From NCBI GenBank assembly GCA_965235115.1, contig OZ249436.1:36394001-36458000 (forward strand): DNA of 64,000 nt, given 5' to 3'. Below are positions 62,701-64,000 of this stretch, piece after piece. Each line of letters starts with the position of its first letter. The stretch's first letter is position 1. The position numbers were made by a program, and so were the translations under genes. The notes under the pieces were generated by a model. It saw nothing but the letters and a program-made list of their open reading frames with translations, did no database searches and was not told the origin of the DNA. This DNA is from Laetmonice hystrix. Lineage: Eukaryota.

Positions 62701-64000
62701 ATGCTTTGATATTATCAATGATATTGTCTGATTTCCACTCAATTTCGCGTAAATATGATTATTGAAACCGTAGATTGGGCACCAGGGTTGGACCAGGCTT
62801 CTGTTAAAATGTTCGCCTTTTTGGTCACCAAAGGACGCAGAGGTTCAGGGTGTTCGACCACACCCGCCCCACCCTCCACCCCCTAAAATTTAGAATATGC
62901 ATTTTGTTCTGCTCAATAGGCCCTATATCTGCTTGTCTGGGGTTCATATAGGCCTACCTATACTTAAGATTTTAATCGCTTTTAACCGTGATTGAACCTA
63001 CCCCCCCCCCCCCCCCCCACCTATGCATTACCTCTAACAGAAATGAATATGCAGACCTATACATTATACATTATGGCCTGACTGTGTAAAAAGACGAATA
63101 TTCCGGAACGAATCCCCCTGGACGTCACAGCTTACAGCGCGAACCGGTGACGTTAGGCGTGGCTCCATTGCACGTAGTCTACGTCAATGTGACAGTGCCC
63201 TTACATCGGGAGTGCGGCTTCGATTTCAATTGGCGCTAGCAAATAGACACAACTCATCACTTAATCTAGTCGCTAATGAGTGCACATAATAAGCAATCAG
63301 CACCAGTTAATCACGCGACCACCGGACATTGATCGAAACACGATATTCCCGTCTTCGACCTTCTTGTCAGCCCCAAATGGCTACTCGCCGCTAAGTGTGT
63401 TTAAACGGCATCTGCCTTACTTATTGGCTGCGACTTGGACGGCCGCGAGAGGGGCCGAAATTGGACGGACGGCCAATATTTTAGCGCCTGTAAATATTTA
63501 GCTTCCGTCGCCCCTGGGCGTAGGAGAAAAAATCATATGGATATAATGTCGGCTTTGGAATTCTATAAAACATTTCGAGAGGAATCGTGAATTTAATAAA
63601 TGTGCCGCGCAAATATTTGCACTGATTGGTTAATCGGTAGCAAATGAGGTTGCAATGCCTTCGTGATGGCAGAGTTACACACAATTTGGGCGGCAGCCAG
63701 CGGCATGCTGAGAAGAGGGAAGGTGGGACTGATTTCGGAGGAGGGTGGCAGCGTGGGGGTTGAGATGGTGGTGGTGGTGGTGGTGGTGGTGTGGGGGGGG
63801 GGGGTCTGTCATCTTGAGGAGTCAGCATCTCTCGTTCTGATGACGGCGTCCCATTGGTACACACACAACCACAGAACAGAATCTACCAGGAGACTGTTCC
63901 CATGTAGTGCCGCCTTCCCCTGGTCGGAATAAGACTGCATGGAACCACTCCAAGAGCCGCGCAACATCCGTATGAAATTAATTGGGAAACACTATACACG

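Overview
Animal (non-vertebrate bilaterian, species not determinable) genomic DNA with three N gaps. Two spliced genes are supported, both on the + strand. (1) A 74-aa heterotrimeric G-protein gamma subunit of the GNG13/Drosophila Ggamma30A class, join(716..825,2333..2447), ending in the CaaX box CTIL. (2) A complete retinal homeobox gene rx/RAX, join(14871..15264,22666..22964,47550..48035), 392 aa, with octapeptide, Q50 paired-type homeodomain, Rx domain and OAR domain; introns are 7.4 kb and 24.6 kb. The rest is non-coding: four minisatellites (34, 53, 19, 60 bp units), microsatellites, several foldback/MITE-like elements, many poly-G/C tracts and enhancer/promoter-like motif clusters. Almost all other listed ORFs are repeat-derived or unsupported. 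I found no CRISPR array, RNA gene or intact transposase, and cannot claim a new biological system. The most notable unexplained signals are about 30-fold enrichment of the palindrome TAGGCCTA, CpG-deamination-like variants shared by all four minisatellites, CTCF-like motifs bracketing rx, and the Ggamma-rx adjacency.
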